A DNA stretch of 64,000 nucleotides from Veleropilina oligotropha (lineage: Eukaryota): contig JBEUKZ010000077.1 in NCBI GenBank assembly GCA_048128005.1, forward strand, positions 124,001-188,000. Reading direction: 5' to 3'. Position numbers and translations under genes: made by a program. Under the pieces are notes generated by a model that saw nothing but the letters and a program-made list of their open reading frames with translations, ran no database searches and had not been told where the DNA came from. Shown in pieces: positions 1-12,646 of this stretch (positions within the stretch are counted from its first letter, which is position 1; each line of letters starts with the position of its first letter).

Positions 1-578
1 AATGGTCTAAATATTTTATTGACGGTCAGTGGAAGAAAATACTGATAATTAACGGAGTGAAACCCCTTCTACTGAAAATGCAAATAGGGTGTAATGGGTA
101 AGGGGGCATGTACCCCCAAATTTGTTTTTTACAATAAAAGGTCGTAGATGCGATGTCTGGCACTATATATCATTTACATTGTCAACTTTAATGGACAGAA
201 AATATGATCTAAAATAAGGAAATATGTCAAGAATTTACATACCCTTCATTGATGAAATTATAGTTAGCATCTAATATGGCATAAATACCGATAATGGGTT
301 TCTTACGACTCGTTATTCTAAAATTTGAATTATAATACTACAATTTATATCGTATATATTGCAAACTGTTAATACTTCCACACAGAAATGAATTAGTACG
401 GTCCCTACATATAACTTGAGTAGGCTAGGCTATAATATTCATAGGCGGATCCAGGAATTTGTGGTGGGAGGTCCAAATCCGTGGGTCAATGGTCTAAATA
501 TTTTATTGACCGTGAGTGGAAGAAAATACTGATAATTAACGGTGTGAAACCCCTTCTACTGAGAATGCAAATAGGGTG
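1..578. repeat. ~90 bp direct repeat (1-91 and 488-578), probably transposon remnant
   Basis: aatggtctaaatattttattgac...gcaaatagggtgt occurs twice with few mismatches. Confidence 0.6.
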
Positions 579-807
579 TTTTACGAACATACATTTCTGC
601 GAGTGTGTCTTTTTACTCAAATAATCGTATATTCAATCAAATAAAGTGGTGTCCATGAACTAAAAAGACGTAAACATGTTATCCTTCTACATTAATAATG
701 TTTAATATTAATACTAGAGCTTTCGAAATAAGAAAATATTTTAACATGCTAGTCGTATTTCAGGTCACAATTGGACATATGAAATATGGGTATAGGTCTA
801 TAGTGGG

Positions 808-1265
808 TAGAGGCACATCGATGCATCGCGATTTCTGGTTTTACGATACGAACCGCGATACAAATTGATGGATTGGCAGGCGTCAAGGTGTTATCATTAG
901 CACATTAGCACATGCTTTTGAAAAGCGTTTTGCTGGAAAGTCGATCCTGAACGCAAGGCTGCGATGTTGAAACAGTGAATAGTTTGTTGTCTTGGTTACC
1001 GCGTGAAAACAATGTCTTCCATCGATATAACTTTAGAAAAACCCTCCATGTCTATTTACAAGTCAGTGGTGTGGCAGTATTTTGGATTTCCAATGGATGA
1101 AGATAATGGAATTAGGACAGTATATTATCTCATATACATGTTATTGAAATCTAGTAATGCGTACTAACGTAATACTTAGGATGTATAGTCGTGATACGTA
1201 TCGTATTGCGGGGGTGTATCGCGATACGCAATGTATCGTGGCGTCACTGTATTGTTGCACCTCTA
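808..1265. mobile_element. hAT-type MITE
   Basis: Ends tagagg.../...cctcta; 8 bp TSD atagtggg at 800-807 and 1266-1273; subterminal atcg/cgat motifs. Confidence 0.8.
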
Positions 1266-1397
1266 ATAGTGGGTATGCTATAATTGACCCTTAATGTTAC
1301 TATTGATCATTCAACAGGCCTTCTGTGGATGCATGCTAATGGCATGTTGAGCTGTAATTGAAATAAATTTAAGTTGGTGATTTTTGTTTTCTTTCAG

Positions 1398-1485
1398 AGT
1401 CAATTGTTCCTTTTACTTCAAGATTGGAGCTTGTCGCCATGGAGAAAGGTGTTCCAGGCTTCACAATAAACCCACTTTTAGCCAG
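1398..1485 (+). CDS. U2AF1: U2AF35 coding exon 2 (first CCCH zinc finger)
   Basis: ttcag|A GTC AAT TGT... encodes [29 protein letters not shown], ends CAG|gtatt; 88 nt. Confidence 0.97.
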
Positions 1486-1810
1486 GTATTGTTCGCATAA
1501 TAATTTGATTTTTAACAAAATTATTATGTGCTACCACAAGCATCAATGAAATTTATCAATAGTTAATAGCAAGGTGCCGACTGAAGCTACACTGACAATT
1601 TCTGACTGAAAAATAGTTAAAATATTGTAATAAATCTTAATTAACAACACATCAGGCCAATCAGGTACCCATTCAGTTTGACTGACCAGGTTAAGCCGGG
1701 GATAGATTTTTTACGCGAATCGATTCGCCTTAAGAGTCGCGCAAGATGGCACATGGGCGAATCAATCTTGATTCGCGCAAAAATATGGCCGAAAATGTGT
1801 AATTCTAACA

Positions 1811-2605
1811 TTTTTATCTTGCAATCGCCCAGTCTGTCTGTCTGTATGTAATCGATATCAATTCCGGAGCATATCTCTTACACCACTCGACATAACTTTA
1901 CGATACTTGCAGGGTGTATTCAGTAGTCGGTGAACTGGTGCCTTTTGCCAGTTTCGACGTTGACCGGTGATTATTAACAGAGTTACTGCCCTTGTTGTAA
2001 ATTCGCTAATGTTATCTTTTCCAGACTGTATCTCATAAACCGCTCAACATAACTTTACGATACTTGCAGGGTGTATTAAGTATTCGGTTAACTGGTGCCT
2101 TTTGCCACTTTAGACTGATCGGCGATTATTAACAGAGTTACTGCCCTTGTTGTAAATTCGCTAATGTTATCTTTTCTGGACCATATCTCATACACCGCTC
2201 AACATAACTTTACGACACTTGCTGGGTGTGTTAAGTAGTTGATGAACTGGTGCCTTTTGCTATTGCAACGCTGTCCGGCGATTACTAACAGAGTTATTGC
2301 CTTTTTGTAAATTTGTTAATGTTCTCTTTTCCAGAACATATCTCATAAACCGATTGGCATATCTTTATGAAATTTGGTGGGTGTATTCAGTAGTCGGTGA
2401 ACTGGTGCCTTTTGCTAATTTTTGACGTTATGCTGCGATTCATAACAGAGTTATTGCCCTTGTTGTAAATTCGTTTTTGTTTCCTTTGGAATTAACCATT
2501 GCAGGGGGTATTGACGGCTCTGCCTTCTTGCTTACACTTAAAAGCAGGGATGTAGTGTTAAAATTAATGCTCAGCCGGGGGATACGTCTTCTGATGACTC
2601 GTGTT
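1811..2605 (+). mobile_element. Helentron-associated non-autonomous element (HINE) with ~160 bp internal tandem array
   Basis: T-run start, (GTCT)n, about 4 repeat units, 3' ccgggggat subTIR; paralog at 36141-36970. Confidence 0.75.
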
Positions 2606-3469
2606 AATAAAATCCGTTAAATTATCGTCCAGATAAGCATTTTAATAACGGAACAATTTCCGCACTTCCGCCTCGCAATTCCAACAGTTAAAACCACTTT
2701 TGGGTTGTCGTTATTGTAACGTTGTTCTGCTCAATCAATGTCGGTGGTTTTGGTGAACAGGTAGCGACCTCTATCACCATGCTCTTGTTGTTCACGAAAA
2801 CGCAACCTATTTCTATTTTGCGAACGAGTACAAGAATTGTCCATTGGGTTTGCATACAAAGCGACTAAACGTGAGGAAACTGAATGTTTTGTGCACCGAA
2901 AACATTGTAGTTTTCCAAATTTCAGCGTTTTATTTCATAATAAAAAACCACATCGGTAAAATTTGAAAGTATTAGGCATTCGTTTAGTTGTACTCTGCAT
3001 ATTTATCGCTCGATTTGATGAACACAATAGACGACATTCGGTATTCCAGATATGGCGATAGTGATTGACAGGTCGATAGCCAACGAAAATGGCAGAAACG
3101 ATATACGGAAGCTGGGACCACTATACATCAATCTTTATTCAATATTGTTATATGGCTACTAAATATTACTCTTTAGATATAATATCACTGGTAATGGAAG
3201 TCACCAGACAGTATTCATTGATGTTCATTGGAAAAAAGTCATAATTTACATAATGGATTCTCCTGGATTCTTGCAAATTTTGTTGGCGAGAATCAACTAA
3301 GATTCTCACGAAATTTTACGAAATTCTAGCCATGTAAGCTGTTGTACATATATGCAGAATCCTTGCATCAGAGTATTCTCCATGACCTCTGCATCAAGGC
3401 CCATAATATACCACTAAGCCAGTCGTCAATGGCATCGTTGCTTTATGTTGATTCTGTTGTATTTTGCAG

Positions 3470-3536
3470 ACAGTTTTGCTTCAGAATTTGTACCTGAACC
3501 CTCAAAATACCGCACTGACAGCAGATGGATCGCATA
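3470..3536 (+). CDS. U2AF1: U2AF35 coding exon 3 (UHM start)
   Basis: ttgcag|ACAGTT... encodes TVLLQNLYLNPQNTALTADGSH, ends A|gtaagt; 67 nt. Confidence 0.96.
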
Positions 3537-3639
3537 GTAAGTAGTAATTAGTGATCGGACTAATAGCCATAAGTCATTGTATTTTATTGGAAAAGTATTG
3601 AAAAAGGCTTTTAATATTATATTACAGGCCTCGAAATTA

Positions 3640-5562
3640 GGCCAACAAAAAAAAATGAATAGTTTCTCAGGCATTTTTCCTCATAAAAGTGCGCGCGCGA
3701 GCGAATTTTTTTTTATTTCTTATTTTTTTTTATTGTATCGTAATATGATAAAATGTACATAATTTTATTAAAATACCATGAAATTGTTCAAAGAAATGAA
3801 TCAAAAAAACAAATTTCTTCATAAAACACTTTATTCGTCTCAGTACAATTAAAGCACTGTAAAGTTTTGGATATACTGTATTCTGATAATAATTTTATGC
3901 ATTCAATATAAACATGTATATAAATGATAGAATGACAAGTTTAGATGATATACAGTTACTCTGGCACAGGGCGTGATTTAATTTTTCAGGGTTAGCCTGC
4001 CATTTATGTCAGGCCAAAATTTTATTTAGCCTGCCATTGTCACATACAGGCTGCCAAAATGTTTTTCATCATCAGAGCCCTAATTATTCGAAAAAGGCGG
4101 ATATATTATTATTTAAGACCTGAGATATGTGCTATCCAAAAGGTTTGATACTGATAATGAAATAATAAAGTCACAAAGTTCAGAAATATATATTGACACA
4201 ATTTCATGCATTATTCCATCATTTAATAATGCAAGTTTTCCATGATTATTAATATCTATGAAATAAAAGCTATTTCTTAATTATCAGGCTATGTAACTTA
4301 TTATTTATTATTAATGGCTTTGCTGTCATATTGATACAAGCAAAAGTGAAACTTCCTTTTCAGTAACATTAGAAATACTTTTACTTTAATTCAGCAAAGT
4401 CATTCCACTTTGGAGCCTATTTCTGTTTTTTCAGAAAAGCTTGCTTATTTAAACTCAGTTTTTCAGTTAACGTTTATTCATATACAGTATTTAGAGCATT
4501 TGCAGAAACTCAGTTTTAACCACACCCATGAAAACGAATGCAATCGCAAAACAGGAAGTAAATCAGTGAATGAACACGAGGGAATGTTTTGGCACAGATG
4601 CGACTTCCAGACACATTATGTTGAGGTTAAGTGAATAAAAGGCAAGTTTTTTGCTGTTCTCCAATGCATTGCTAACTTTGGTCAATAATATTGATTGCCA
4701 CAGTAATATTTGTTGTCCGGCCATTACTGTCAGGCTAAAATTATGTTTACCCGGACATTTCGTAAAACAAATTGGACGTCCAATGGCCTTTGGCAGGCCC
4801 TTATTTCGCGCCCTGCTGGCATCATAAATTTACATTATACGCTGTTTTGTTGTGCCAATACAATACACCAAGGTTTCAAGCGCACACTCCCGTTCGTTAC
4901 TGTTACAGACACCAACATCTTGTCGTCTGCACAATACTCCGCTTGTCTGTCAATGTCTCGAACAAAAGGATTTGTGTCAAATGAAAGCATGTACGGAAAC
5001 AGCCGAAGTTTACAAGGGAGACAATTTATTCTGTCGTTTGTTTCAAGGGAGATAACCCAACAATGATTTCATTATAAGAATGATCGTTTTCGATTAAAAT
5101 ATCAGTAAAACTAGTATTTGACAAAAAACTTGCATTTGTAATGTGTAAAATTGATTAACCCCTTGGGCCTATGAGAAATTTGCACAGATAAACCTTTTTA
5201 AATGCGAAATCCGACTGTAGGGATATACCGGTCCGAGACATTCTGGCTTTATCGCGACAGGAAAGGGAAAGTGAAGTCGCTATTTATAGTGTAATGTATA
5301 GCAGTAATTTTTAAACGATAACAATGGAAATAACAAATGATATAAAACATAGAATTTTTATTCGTATTATAAACAATATTACATTATGCAATGCAAAGTA
5401 TACAGTCAACATGAGTTTTACATCCAATCGTACAAAGATATATTAAAATATTATCATCAGACGAAATTTTTATTTTTTCATATTCAATAAAAAGCAAATG
5501 CGCGACCGACTTTTGACTGACGCGCCGGTGCCCGAGAAACTATTCATTTTTTTTTGTTGGCC
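3640..5562. mobile_element. Non-autonomous TIR element, PIF/Harbinger-like
   Basis: TIR ggccaacaaaaaaaaatgaatagtttctc and its reverse complement; TTA on both flanks (3637-3639, 5563-5565). Confidence 0.8.
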
Positions 5563-6599
5563 TTAGCTATTAAATGCCGGTCATGACCGGCAACAATAAG
5601 AGTTGGACCGACAAAATATATTTGCTATCGATCATTGTGACTGACGGCAAAGGAATACATCGCAGGTCGCATTTCATTCAAAATCACCACTGTTGTACAT
5701 ATACATATATACATTTTATATATCTCGGTGCTCGACATAGCCGGTCGCCCGCTCGCCAATGGCGAGTAAATGTCCATTTGGGTGAGTACAGAGAGTAAAA
5801 CACCGATAGTTACTTGCCGGAATAATTCCATTTGGGCGAGTGGGATCTGCGGGAGTCGAAAGATAGGATAAATCAATAATCGCACTTATAAAATCGTGTT
5901 TCATTTCATTTTCAATACTTTTATACAGCTAATATCGTTTGCGGCGTCACGACAATCTTCAAATGTTATCCGACATGTTGGACATCGACTTTGTCGTGTT
6001 CTCGCACCGAGTGTATTAATGCACTTTGACTATTTCCATACATTGCCGAGAAGTGGTTTTCGGAACCTGTCGATGTTTTCTCGTACTCTTTATGGCCATT
6101 CTACTAATCGTCAGTCATTTCCGGTTTTGAAACGAATATTCTTTCGCGACATAAACACGAGAAAAATAGCAGTTTTAGTAGCTAAAGTAAGTGTTATATG
6201 AAATTATAATACGTTTTAACCGGATATACGTATACTATAGAATGCAAGTCTGCTGACAAGGCACATTACATTTCTATAATAACAAGGGAGATAATTTAGT
6301 GTGACGACTACAGTAAGCAGCTATGGTACGAAATGAATTTATATTAATTTTGACAGGTGAAAGTCGATTTCGTGATAAAACTTGTGTGACATTTTTAAAT
6401 TATCGAACATTAAGTGAGCATATAAATAAAGCCTATTCCAAATATCCATCGATGTGTTCTTGTTGCTAAACAACATTACATTGCAAACATCGTAACAAGT
6501 AGGCCTATCAAAGAAATGACTAAAATAATTACATAAAGAACATATTACTTATTAATTGGTTAGTTTAATTGGTAAAGCTAGGCTACGTATTATATCTAG

Positions 6600-7750
6600 G
6601 TAGACTAGATGTGGTGCAAATTATGCATTATTTACATAACCGTCTGACTCCATCAAACACATTTCAATATCATGGGCCACAGTTGATATTTTAAATTTAA
6701 AGAAAATCACCATTATAACCCAATGCCCCCCATATTAGTATATTGCATAAAATTTATTCACATATGGACTAAATGGGCCTTGACATCGAAAGAAGTTTTT
6801 TTTACATATCGCTCTCCCAACATCGTTTCTTTTGCGAGAGTCGATTGCTCTCGTCAGCATTTTCAGGAGAGTATTTTGATCTCCTTGAAGGCTTCATTTT
6901 ACAAACCATCAGCACTGATATATCTATCACGCAGTCTATCTGTGACCTACTGTACACGCGCTTTAGCCTTATATAAACTCACTGGATTGCTTTTTCCGTA
7001 TGTTCTTTTTGTAAATATAACTTTAAGCACGGTTTTATCTTTTTATCTCGTCTAGATTTTGAAGGTCCTATCTGCTTTCCAATGACTTTTGCGGTTTTTC
7101 TTTGCCTCTTTGCATTATTTAGATCGCTGTTTTCTGGTTGTTCCGTTTTCTGATTTGGTGATCCAACCGCCCCCTTTAACAGTTTAAATGTTTCTCTATC
7201 GCCCTATTTACTCCTCTGGCCAGCACTGCTCCACCCTCCAGTGAAGGGTGCAGTCCATCTCTGAAATACCACTCCCTCCTTCCCTCAAACTTGTCCCACA
7301 AATAAAAAAAACCAAACCCCCCCAGCAACAATACTCACGCAACCAGGCATTTACCTATCTCATCAAGTTTATCTTACCATTGTCGCACAGTTTCGGAAGC
7401 AATTCCTGGTACTTCTTCTTCATTTCCTCGGGACTGTCCTCGATGTTGTTTGTCCCTATGATGACCACGACCGTCACTTCCCCCGCAGTCAGACTGTCTG
7501 CCCTCGATGTGATATCTTCTATCTTGGCTCCTGGTAAACACACCCTTGTTCTTCTTTTCCTGTCAACAGCACAAAAAGTTTTATCAGCGTTTCTAACTAT
7601 AGATGAACCTATCAAAACAATATTTTCAGACGCTATATACTCATCTATACTCATCATAAACCCCTGTTTCATTTATATCAGCCTCATTCGTATCATATTA
7701 ATTCTGGTCTTCTATTTCATATGTATCACTCTCCCGTAGATCAATCATTT
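6600..7750 (-). pseudogene. Degenerate CR1-group LINE fragment: ORF1 SGNH-esterase-like domain, possibly followed by decayed ORF2 start
   Basis: ORF 7355..7672(-) has VLIGSSIVR, CLPGAKIEDI and IIGTNNI, matching the esterase blocks of CR1 ORF1; boundaries approximate. Confidence 0.6.
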
Positions 7751-7914
7751 CATCAGACAGACATGCATATCTATTACCTGTTAGCGTAGTCATTGTCGTT
7801 TTTGTTGTATTCGCCTTTTTGTTTCTTTTCCGCACTAATTTCCATGTGTCAGTCGTCTTGGCTTCTGTAGTTCAACGGCTGCGTCAAGAGTATTACACTT
7901 CTCACAAGACGATT

Positions 7915-8338
7915 TACGTCGTTTTCCGATACAAGATGGCCGCCATGGTGGACATTTTGTTTGACGAGATATCTTGTGCGCACTCTACAGTGATTTTTGT
8001 CGTTTTCGGATCCAAGATGGCTGCCTCGGCAGCCATTTTGTTGAATAGATTTCTTGTGCGCGCTCTACAATGAAAAGTTATTATCCGATTTGATTCAAAT
8101 TTGATATGCATGTTAGTTATGATGAGGACATTCCACCTAGCGATTTTAGTCGTTTTCGGATCCAAGATGGCCATCGCATCAGCCATTTTACTTGAGATAT
8201 TACTTGTGCGCGATCTACAGTGAAAAGTTCATCAGCTTTTCCTTTTATAATGTTTAAGAACATATATAGTGATGAAGCATCAATGGCTTTGAACATATAC
8301 CGGGGGCATCTGCAGTGTCGGTAGACACATTTCTAGTT
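7915..8338 (+). mobile_element. Partial HINE: tandem units plus 3' end
   Basis: Three gtcgttttc(g/c)gat(c/a)caagatggc units; ends ccgggggcat, tgtc-ggta-gaca hairpin, ctagttt. Confidence 0.55.
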
Positions 8339-9120
8339 TATTTTACTATAAATAAACAGTGGTTGGGAGGGAAAAATAAGCTAATGGGAGAAGAGCCCCT
8401 CTTTGAAAAATTATATGGGCACTTTTTAAATGTTATGGGCTGCATGTAGATTCTGAGTGAAGTAATAAATTTATTGTATACTATATATACTATTGTAAGA
8501 AAAATCAGTTGATGGAGCACCCTTAATTTAAACATGGCAAAACAGTATTTTTTAACTTATATTCTTAGTATAAATTGCAGTTTATTTTTTGTGTCATGTC
8601 ACGTTAAGATTAAAAATGTATAATGAAAATTGTCTTAAAATATTATGAATTTAAAAATATTACTTTCCATTTCATTTTTGTCCATTCAAAATTTATCTGC
8701 TTTACGACAACCGGTGGAACGTAACATTTTGAGCCCAACCCCAAAAAATTATCGCCATTATTAGTCATTTTATCGTTTCGCATTTTGTTCTGATCCAAAT
8801 CTTTCATGCACCCGCCTATCGCCGATCTGCTTTTTCATTAACCCAATTGCGGTTCACGTGCGCTTGATGCGTTTACTGTCGTCAGGCTGCAATCTTTCTT
8901 GTGGCAAAGGTGATAAAATAATAAATTTGGCACTGTAAACAATTGTAAGTAATAATTTAATTAGCAAGAGTATTGGACGGCCAAACGCACGACAAGGGTT
9001 ACGCTTTTTTATCATGAACACCGAAATTTTCCGATTATGTTCGGGATTTCATTTATGTCGTTTTCATTGGCTATCGAGATGTCTATCACTGGGAAATCTC
9101 GGAATGATGTCTATTTTTGG

Positions 9121-9389
9121 GAGGGAGGAATGGGAGGAATGATGCTTAATGTCATGTATATTTACAACATCGAGGTTCAAGGCAGGACATGTCCGTGTTA
9201 TCGCGGGAGGAAACCCCGGTCGCCCGGGTAAACCCGCCCTCTTCGGCCAGTCACGGACAACTGTGATTCATAACTTGAACAAATTTCAATGTCTCAGCCA
9301 GGTATTGAACCCACTACTGTTCGCATTAGCGGAATCAAGCCAGTGAATTTAGAGTTGACACTCTACCCACTGCGCTGCCGAAGCGGCCC
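9121..9389 (-). mobile_element. tRNA-derived SINE family 1, copy 1
   Basis: A/B-box-like head, (CCT)-rich tail, 11 bp TSD tctatttttgg; four copies in window. Confidence 0.85.
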
Positions 9390-10171
9390 TCTATTTTTGG
9401 CAATTTTGTCATCTGGTACATGCGCAATACCGTTAACCAAATATGCCTTTCAAAGTTTCATATTTTATCGACAAAAATTGTCAAAAATGTTGTTACACGA
9501 TCATGTCGTAATGAAACGTGGTCAATTCGCAACTTTTTACACTACATCATTATTCATATATAGCGCTATGTCAATCAGAGATCGTTAATGCGCACTATAA
9601 CCCTGGCGTTTGAGATCTAATGGGATATTTACAGTTTAATGCGCGAATCCCTTCCCAATCCCTGAGTAAAAAACAATCGTCAACCATGGGTCATGTTTTA
9701 TATTGATTGGACACTATAGGTAATTGTACAAAAGTTGAGTAAAATTGATTCTAATGTTAAACCAACATCTTCAGAAAAGCTTCTTGGTGTTTATTGACTT
9801 AACCATTTTTGTGACGTCATTCTATTGTCTTGGCCCGTGGTCTAACTGCCCATATTTTCAGTTAGATCATGGTTTCTTACATTAAAAACAGGTGTATTAG
9901 GTTATTATAATCATATATTTTAAATTATTGTCTACTTCTCAATGGTTTAAGTCAGTTATATCACTCGGTTTGTGTTTAACTTATCTAATCGGAAAAGCCT
10001 GTGCAATTAAACAACTCAGCGTGAAGATTTAATTGCACGCTTTTCCGATTAGACAACCACATCTCGTGGTATAACCTATATCTTAATCTTTATTAGTAAT
10101 CTCACAATGACCATACATGTGCATTGATGTCATCTAGAATTACTCTCTTGAGAAGAATAATGAATAATCAA

Positions 10172-10510
10172 GTGCTGTCCTGTTGTTGACTACTGCAGTA
10201 CTGTCCTGTTGACTACTGCAGTGATGTCCTGTTGTTGACTACTGCAGTACTGTCCTGTTGTTGACTACTGCAGTACTGTCCTGTTGTTGACTACTGCAGT
10301 ACTGTCCTGTTGTTGACTACTGCAGTACTGTCCTGTTGACTACTGCAGTACTGTCCTGTTGTTGACTACTGCAGTACTGTCCGGTTGTTGACTACTGCAG
10401 TACTGTCCTGTTGACTACTGCAGTGCTGTCCTGTTGACTACTGCAGTACTGTCCTGCTGTTGACTACTGAAGTACTGTCCTGTTGTTGACTACTGCAGTG
10501 CTGTCCTGTT
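10172..10510. repeat. Minisatellite, 23/26 bp unit (ctgcagtactgtcctgttg[ttg]acta)
   Basis: Directly visible tandem array. Confidence 0.95.
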
Positions 10511-12646
10511 GCGGAAACTGTTGCTTAACATTAGTATCTCTTGAATAGAAATATTGCAGAAATGCACTGCAACAATAATATTGAATGTTGGATATGAGGT
10601 GTCTAGCAAGAATGATCTCAAACCCTAGGATGGCTACCTTTCTCTCACAGATTGCTAAATAAAGCAAAATGTTAATGTACAATTTAACAAGAACTAACCT
10701 AACATGAACATACATCTCAGATAAATTTCATTTAGTAGAAGAGCACTCTAAAAGATGTTTAATGTCCATTACAGATAACCGAAACCGAAAACAGAAATTA
10801 TAAAACGCATTTTTTCTTATAGTGGAGCACAAGTTTGAAACTGGTCAACTAAAATATGGATAAACATAATGACCCCCCTTTTGCTCCTACCCCTTTAAAT
10901 TTACACAAGTCTTGTTCACTATGTGCTACTGATCATCATTGACCTTTGGTTGACCTATGTACATAAATATATTAGGGAGGAAATATCACCCTTGGATGTC
11001 ATTATTCATATTCCATCAAAATTTTACACTAGCCCAAGGGCTAGTTAGATTCCAATTTTCACTACCCCTGCTCTATTTTATACTAGCCCGACTTTTATGA
11101 CACAAAAAACGTTTCAAATGTGTATATTATACAGAACAATCGCAATATATTAATTAAATCAACAAAAACTATCTAGTTAAACAAATAGCAAAAATATTAA
11201 ATACTAGTATTTAAAATCGTTGTATTAATGTGTATCATATGTTTTTAAGTCGATTATCATTCAACAAAACAATATTGCCATTGGAAAATAACTATTAGCG
11301 CTGCAGTGAGGTAAATATATTACACCAAGATGCATGATGATGTGCGTGTATATTATGCTATTGCATTTCATGAGATTTTGGTAATTTTAAGGAATTTTCA
11401 AGTTTAATTGTTGATTTTATTTATTTTCTGTATTGTATTTTAAATATATAGCAGAAAATTAAAAATTATGCGCAAATGTTAACTTTTGTTTGTGCACAGT
11501 CATCAAACACATTCAAAAGAATAATACATTACGCTAGAATTTTATATATAAATTCACATTTTATATCAGCATTGATTAGTTTGAAATAACTTGTTCAATG
11601 TTGCAATATATACAAAATATTAGTTTATGCACATACACTAGATAATAAATTTCCCATAAGTGTAAGTAGTATTTCTTCTAATACTAGTATGCCAGTAATC
11701 CTTGTATGTAGTTACAAACATACTTACGTCCTTACTCTTGCCATAATAGTCATATTATCGCCAACCGGAAACAGTGAATAATGTCACATTTATGCACTAT
11801 TAAGTCAAAAACACACCACGATTACCTCCCCTGCTCCCCCTCTCTAAGTTCCCCCGGCGAGATCTCGCCAAGTCTCGCGAGATATCCGAGCCCGAGATCC
11901 CAAGACCTCAATTCAAAGTTTTCCGCCTTGACGGAAAAACGTGTTTTGTTGCTCCGCAAATAATTTCGAAAAAAGCCTTACGATTTATACGATAAATCGA
12001 GCGCTAAATTACCTTATACAAGTTATAAGTTGTGGAATATACCCTGTGTTGAAGGATATTAAACACCAGTGATATAAAGAGAAGATTTGATCAAACTTCG
12101 TGAAAGTTGTGTGAAATCGACATCGCCGCCGTTGCCGAGAAAAGCAAGGCCGCTCAGAGCGGAAGTTTCGTGTATAGAAGAAATTTCTGGTCGGTATATT
12201 TTATCTGATATTGTTTGAGACTGCAAACAGGTAACTCATTATATTGGATAATTCCTTAACGACGCTTATTGCTGGTAATTATTGTATAAATATTTAGCGT
12301 CGTTAAAAGGCAGGATTGTTTAGATATCAACTTTAGTTATTCTGATATCCTGCCGTTACTGGGATAATACGCCATTGTACTAATTTAAAAACATCCACGA
12401 GGTTTTCAGGTGTTTTCCTGGGCGGTTTTTTCTAAGAAAGAACCCCCGTTTGTTTAGTCTATTTGTCAGGTTTCTTACCCGGCCTTGGTGTTCCCAGTTC
12501 GGGGTTATTTTGCGGTATATCGCCTGATCTTTGATCTTCAGATCAGGGCAATTTAAAGTGTTGTAGTAGTAAAAAGTCACAACTACCAAACATATACTTA
12601 TTTAACTACCCCGACCACCCACTTCCACCCTCCCGTGTATTCAGCT

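Noticed and set aside
10172..10510. CRISPR-like array
   Set aside because: Head-to-tail repeats without unique spacers in eukaryotic DNA; it is a minisatellite.
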